A program made the position numbers and the translations under genes. Of a DNA stretch of 64,000 nucleotides, positions 58,601 through 64,000 are shown piece by piece. The notes below the pieces were generated by a model. It did no database searches. It was not told the origin of the DNA and was given only the letters and a program-made list of their open reading frames with translations. The DNA is taken from contig JWZX01003249.1 of NCBI GenBank assembly GCA_001275005.1, forward strand, positions 1-64,000, in the 5' to 3' direction. Source of the DNA: Chrysochromulina tobinii. Its lineage: Eukaryota. Within the stretch, counting starts at the first letter, position 1. Each line of letters starts with the position of its first letter.

Positions 58601-61165
58601 CTTGTGCTTGACGAGCAGCGTGGCGAGGATGATCCCGGTGATTCAGACTCCGATGCATTGGGACTGTACATTGCCAATCGAGCGATAGAAGCTGGCCTGC
58701 GAGGCGGGTGGCCGCAGCCGGTTGTGAGTGCTGATACCCTCATCGGCTTGGCTACACGTGCGCGCATTCTCATCGCGGAGGTCTTTGAGGGCCGACGGAA
58801 GCCTGCGAACAAGATACTCGGTTTCATGCTCAAGGACCTCAAGCATCTCGTGTCCGTGCACATCGCGACCTTTGCCGTTGACTCTAAGATGACCTCGGCA
58901 ACGCTGGATGCACTCGTGGAGTATGTGCTGACCGAGTTGGCTTCGATCTCCAACGGGGAGATCAACAACGTGCTGGAGACGTGCGACGGCGCGCAAACCA
59001 ATCTCATCCGAGAGTGCCGAGCATCTAAGCGTACTTCTCCCCACCACGTGATGCCAGGCTCGGCAGTGCCGTCCCCCGTGGACAACGACTTGAACCCGCC
59101 GAATTCGCTACGGGAGGCTTCTATTGAGACAAACGACGCCGTCGAACGCTGGAAGCGTTCGACGGAAGTAGCCTTGCACGAGCAGTTTGAACGGTCGAAT
59201 GATCCGCAACTGATCAAAAGCGGGAACAATAAGGGCGCGCGATCGTCAGCGACCAAGCCATTTATCCGGGCCATGAAGCTGAAGGTGGCAGAGGCTTGGA
59301 CAAGTGTGGCTCTGCCGACACCCCCGGGCCGATTTCCAAATCTCTTCGGTTGGCTACAATGCCGTCCGGCCGTCTCCGGATCAACGGCCGTCCAAGGTGC
59401 CGGCGAGGGCCGCGGCGGCAAGGGCGGCGGCGAGGGTGAAAGCGACGATTCTTACATGAAGCCCACCACCAACACACAGAACACCACAGCCGAGGCGGCC
59501 TCTGCAGAGGCCTGGAGATCACGTGTGCTGGCTAAGGAGCGAGCGGGTGCTCGGGATCCGACAGCAGCTGCTCTACGGGGCTCAAGTTTCGTTAACTTGG
59601 ATGATATTCAAGACCCGTCGATGCGTCGCCTCTTCAATAACATGGCAAAGCTCCGGCCAGCAAAAGAGCCACGGCCAGTGCAGGCCAAGGCGGCTCAGCG
59701 AAGGTCTGCCGCTGCCGCCGCTACTGCCGCCGCCGGGCTTGGTCCGCTACTGCCGCCCGTGTCGAGCAGCGACGTGCTCTTGGAGCCGATGCCTGTCATG
59801 CCTACCAAGGCATTGCGCGGAGAGACTCTAGCATGGTCGGTGCTAGCATCAAATTGCTGCAGCTCCAGCATGGACGTTGACACAGCTGAGCCTGCCACTG
59901 CCCCCTTGGCCCCGTTCAAATCGGTTACGCTAAAGCTGAATGGTTGCCCGCCTCAGACGCATGTGCCGCCGGTCGTCATGACCACATGTGCTCAACAGCT
60001 TCTAGCTGAAGATCTCTGGGATGCAGTGGATGACCCTGCAGTGAGTGTCGCTGATATGCTTGCCGAGCTTCGACTCGCTCTTCACGACCGTGTTCGATGG
60101 GAGCTTGGGAAGTGGCACTGCATAGACCTCACCAACTCGGTGCTGGTCCGAAAGGGCTACTGGCTCTACCAGTGCCCGCCGCACAAGTACAAGCGAATCG
60201 GCCATGGCATCAAGGCGATGATCGAGCAGGGCGAGAAGACAGGCTCGGAGCTGCCTGAGGCTGCCAACCAGTTTTCATCCGCTCGCCTCCTGCGAGTCGT
60301 GCGTGAGCTGGCGAGGGATGCACAAACAGGCGACGAGCAAAAGCGCTGGGCGGCCATTGACTCCGTCCTCACAGGGGGCTCCGACATGCACTCGCAGTCC
60401 GCGCACGTCTTCTTGCTCATTTGCCCCCAGCTGCTCGAGGAGCTCGATAAACGTCCTGAGTGCATGCCGGAGCATACGGTACTCTACGCCCTTGGGATGG
60501 CGTGGCTAGCATGGGACATGAAGCACCTGACCGATCTCGAGCGCACACGGCGGATCGAGCTCGTGGAGGCGCTCCTCGTGTACAACCTCGGTGGTGAGCA
60601 GCTCTTCATGCCCTTCAAGGAGGAAAGTACCAAGCAGGGGACGCTTCGTGGCGTGCTGTCTTTGCACATGGGCCTCTGGAGCATGCAGAACATGCTCGCG
60701 CTGCTCCAGAATGCTGCTGCGCGGCGGCAATTTCGAGAGCAGTTCCCACTCGAGATCTTCGTCGAGAGAGTCGCGTCGAACAATGACATTGAGACGTATT
60801 GGTCGCTGATAGCTGGACAGATTGGATACAAGCCACGCCTCATGGAGCTGCAAAAGATCGCCGCCAAGAACGACTTCCTGATGAGGACGCTCTTCGACCC
60901 GACCCGTAGATTCTACATGCGCTTGTCCAAGAAGAAGATGTATGACCCGGTCGAGTACTTCACCCCCTCAGCGCTGTTGGAGTGGAACGATGGCTGCGCT
61001 CTCGACATGATGTCGCCCGAGTGCCAACAGTACCTGCGCGGCGTCGCTCTGCGTGCGATTGCCTCAAGCAGAGGCTCTGTGTCGACCGTCAGGAGTCAAA
61101 ACACCGTGAGAAGTAACGATCGCAGGAATGCGTTCCGCAACATATCGGGTCCGGACATATCGTAG
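55634..61165 (+). mobile_element. P-element/THAP9-superfamily-like DDE transposase, intact ~1,840-aa ORF with giant insertions
   Basis: Ordered motifs LPTARTLR, LGFDETDI...LY....G.Y.FGGDV, ANKILGFML, TCDGAQTN, CPPHKYK, SNNDIETYWSLI; TIRs/TSD not found. Confidence 0.75.
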
Positions 61166-61427
61166 TTAATTGACCGGGTAGGTCTAGGTTGCAGCGCGCG
61201 TGCCCCTCAGACTGTGTGTGTCAATCGTCGGGCCTCGTCATCGCGCGTACTGTATATTCTACTTTCTAGAGACTAGACGTCCCGCGGCCGGCTCGCTGTG
61301 GCTCGAGCTCGCGCGGAATTCCGTGTTTGCATGTGTGTCTTAATGGCGCAGTGTCGGTAATTGATTCTGAACGCCGCTCTACCGTAGTACGTCTGTCTAT
61401 CTTAAAAATTTCTTTATACATAGATAG

Positions 61428-61835
61428 GAGGGCAATCAGACGTCATCAGGCTGCGCGAGATCGACATACCCAATCGTCACCGCCTCGCCCGGATCGAGTG
61501 GGCGCAACGCGCGCAGCACCAGCGTCGTGCCCTCAAAGTAATGCACCTGATGAGGGGGGCAATCAGACGTCATCAGAGTGAGGAGGGAGGCAATCAGACG
61601 TCATCAGCGTCGTGCCCTCAAAGCAATGCATCGCTGACGGGCTACAGTCATGATTCTTAAGTGCAGCAAGCGGGTAGAGGCCCAGCCCGAGCGGCTGCAG
61701 TTCGTCATCGCTCAGCGTGTGCCCATTGCAAGCGAGCGTCGCCAGCGACCGCGTCGCGAGCTTCGGCGGCGGCGCCGGCCCGCCGTCCGACGCGCGCACC
61801 ATCACCACTGGCCGCCGCGACAACTTCCCACACAC
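61428..61835 (-). pseudogene. Fragment of a SMYD-like SET-domain lysine methyltransferase
   Basis: LACNGHTL..LGLGLYPLAALKNHDCSPSA then, after an 85-nt intron-like segment, VHYFEGTTLVLRALRPLDPGEAVTIGYVD; no continuation past ~61427. Confidence 0.7.
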
Positions 61836-62352
61836 ACGACAGGTCGAGCGGCTGCAACGTGAGCGCCGCTCCCAGCCACTTCATCACGAACGAGTAGAAC
61901 TGATCGCCGGCGACCTCGTCAAAAAGGGTTGGAGACACGGAGCTTCTCACGCAGGTAGTAGAGCGAATCCGCACGCACCATGTACTCGTGCCACCTGTAC
62001 GATGCGCCGATCACGAAGGACGAACGAGCAGCGTGTAAGAGAGAGAGCGCGCGTGAACAGCACGGATCGGCAGCGAGAGTGTTCGGTAGCAGCTACTGAA
62101 CCGCCGCAGCAAGCACTCCGTTGAGGAGCCTGAGAGCAGCGGATGGCGTGCGGGACGGCGTGGACACACAGATGCCACAAGGCACGCACAGAAGCGCGAT
62201 CGGGGCGCTCGCAGGGCTGGCAAACGTGTATCCAAGGTAGGTGAGGACAGCCCGATGTCAAACGAAGCATGCGCGCGCGCCCATTAGCCTGCGCGGCGGC
62301 CGAATGGCGTCTGGTCGGCCTCCTGGAGTAGCTCAGAGTACAATGCCCATGT

Positions 62353-62463
62353 GAGGTCGAGAAACAACATGCGCTAGGTAGCGGTCATGATGCCCGCCAA
62401 GTCCATGGGTGGTACGAGCCGCCTCAAGTGTCGGCTACCTAGCGCATGTTGTTTCTTGACCTC
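62353..62463. repeat. 30-bp inverted repeat (hairpin or MITE-like)
   Basis: 62353-62382 vs 62434-62463, 29/30 complementary, 51-nt spacer. Confidence 0.8.
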
Positions 62464-62770
62464 TCCAGGTTCCGGACAGTCGGCATTCGGTCGCAAAAGA
62501 CGCCCATCGTGGCGCTTCGACCCTCTCGGCCTGACAGTTGGTCAAGGCGGGACGCGCTGTTCATGCACATGAATTCACACTGTTCACACAACACGTAACT
62601 TCCCTAGTCTTCTACTAGACTACTAATTCGTCCACAGTCACGGCTCTTAACACACGCCTACCCCACTGAAAGCGCTCACGAGGCGGCGCGCATGTTAGAT
62701 GTTTACGGAGATCGGAGATCTCGAGCGGAGTGTAGGGCGCCTAGTGCAACTGCAAGCGGGCTGGCGCGTC

Positions 62771-64000
62771 TTAGAATCGGCTTATGTCACGTCCAAACAC
62801 CAGAGACTTGAACCAGTACATGGGCACCAGCATCATGTTGCTCCAACTGAGCTGCGGTGCGATGATGAGGGAGGCAATTAGGGAGGTCATCAGGTGCAAT
62901 CAGAGGCCATCATGTTGCTCCAACTGAGCTGCGGTGCACGGCAGGGCCAGGGGCGAGCGGAGAGGAAGAGCGCTGTGGTGAGCACGGGGTGATGAGGACG
63001 GTGTGGGGCATTCCAGAGGGCGCTGTGGTGGGCGCGTTGGCTGGCAGATGGGGAGGTGTTGGAGCTGGGGTGGCGCAATCAGAGAGAGGCGTGCTCGCTA
63101 CCTGCTTGGAAAGGTACCAGTGCGATGATGAGGGAGGAAATTAGGAAGGTCATCAGGTGCAATCAGAGAGAGGCGTGCTCGCTACCTGCTTGGAAAGGTA
63201 CCCGCCCTTCCAGGCAAGCATCGCAGCGAAGCCGGTGAAGGTAGACCCGCCACCGCCCACCACATCGGCCTTCGTCATGTCCACCACGCCGCCTGAAAGT
63301 CCCATCGACGCCATGGCCCCGACGCTGATGTAACGGAAGGTTGCGGACTTGGCGAAGAGAAAGCGTGGGAATGGCAGCCCAACTGGCGCGGGCACTGGCT
63401 CCGGTGGAGGTAGGTCGGCATCACTGGAAGGGTCAAAGGTCGCATAGTGAGTGTTGAAGCAGTCAGCGAGGTACTGACCCTGCTGCTCGGCCACAGATGC
63501 GAGGGGAGGCAAGCCGCCGGCACAGTCACCGAGGGCGAAGACTCTGCCACGCAGCCCTTCCACGCGTAGGAATTCGTCCACTAGGATGCGCTTGGTGCGT
63601 GCGTGCGTGGGCAGTCCGCAGCTCTGCGTAAACTTGACTGGCGCTAGGCCAGCTGACCATACCATCGTCCCAAACGGCAGCTTGCTGCCGTCGCCCAGGT
63701 GGGCAATTGTAGTGTGCGTCCCGCACTCATCGTGTGTCTCCTCCACGCGCGTCACGGCGGTGTGCGTCCTCACGTCAATCTGCTTCCGCAGCAGTGAGGA
63801 AGTATAGTACGTCACCAGCGCCTTGTCAAAGCTGCCCAGCAGGCTGGGACCCGCCTCCACCAGAGTTACGCGCACTTTTTGCGCCAGGTCCGGGTACCAC
63901 CTCGAGACGTCCTGCGTGAGGAAGTCGTGCAGCTCGGTGGTGAATTCACAAGAGGTGGGTCCGCCTCCCACGACGACAAATGAGAGCAGCCGCTCGACCG
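62771..64000 (-). CDS. Type II NADH:quinone oxidoreductase (NDH-2), 5'-partial; last intron 63185-62852
   Basis: [10 protein letters not shown]...[33 protein letters not shown]; final exon [26 protein letters not shown]. Confidence 0.92.

Noticed and set aside
55200..61430. Candidate TIRs for the P-like element (TACAGTAC 55370 / GTACTGTA 61247; CATAGAC 55539 / GTCTATC 61395)
   Set aside because: Only 6-8 bp of complementarity and no matching target-site duplication
1..64000. tRNA/rRNA genes and prokaryotic defence systems (e.g. retron for the RT)
   Set aside because: None recognisable; the RT is linked to RNase H, gag and YR, so it is a retrotransposon

Overview
GC-rich, gene-dense eukaryotic DNA from a flagellated alga. 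Spliceosomal introns, IFT122, Sfi1-like and PG-rich axonemal proteins, and a carrier with a signal-peptide plus 'AAF' leader point to an alga with a complex plastid; a haptophyte is my inference. About 20 host genes lie between two mobile elements. At 1-4800 is a DIRS-type tyrosine-recombinase retrotransposon whose RT, RNase H, IQ/Cys-rich insert and YR appear to have formed one ORF, now broken by two small duplications. At 55634-61165 is an intact ~1,840-aa P-element-like transposase with two very large insertions, one containing Tudor-like and SAP-like segments. The most unusual signal is a recurring structure: a 26-44 bp duplication of local gene sequence bracketing a 40-60 nt filler made of CTGATTGCC/CTGATGAC units. 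At 18255-18333 this forms a complete, frame-restoring GT-AG intron; related events occur at 61428-61631, 62831-62937 and 63075-63202. This looks like an intron-generating mechanism distinct from classical short-TSD introner transposons. Two divergent promoters also carry hairpins with the same 13-nt core, CATAAACAACAGA. All calls are by eye; no database searches were run.
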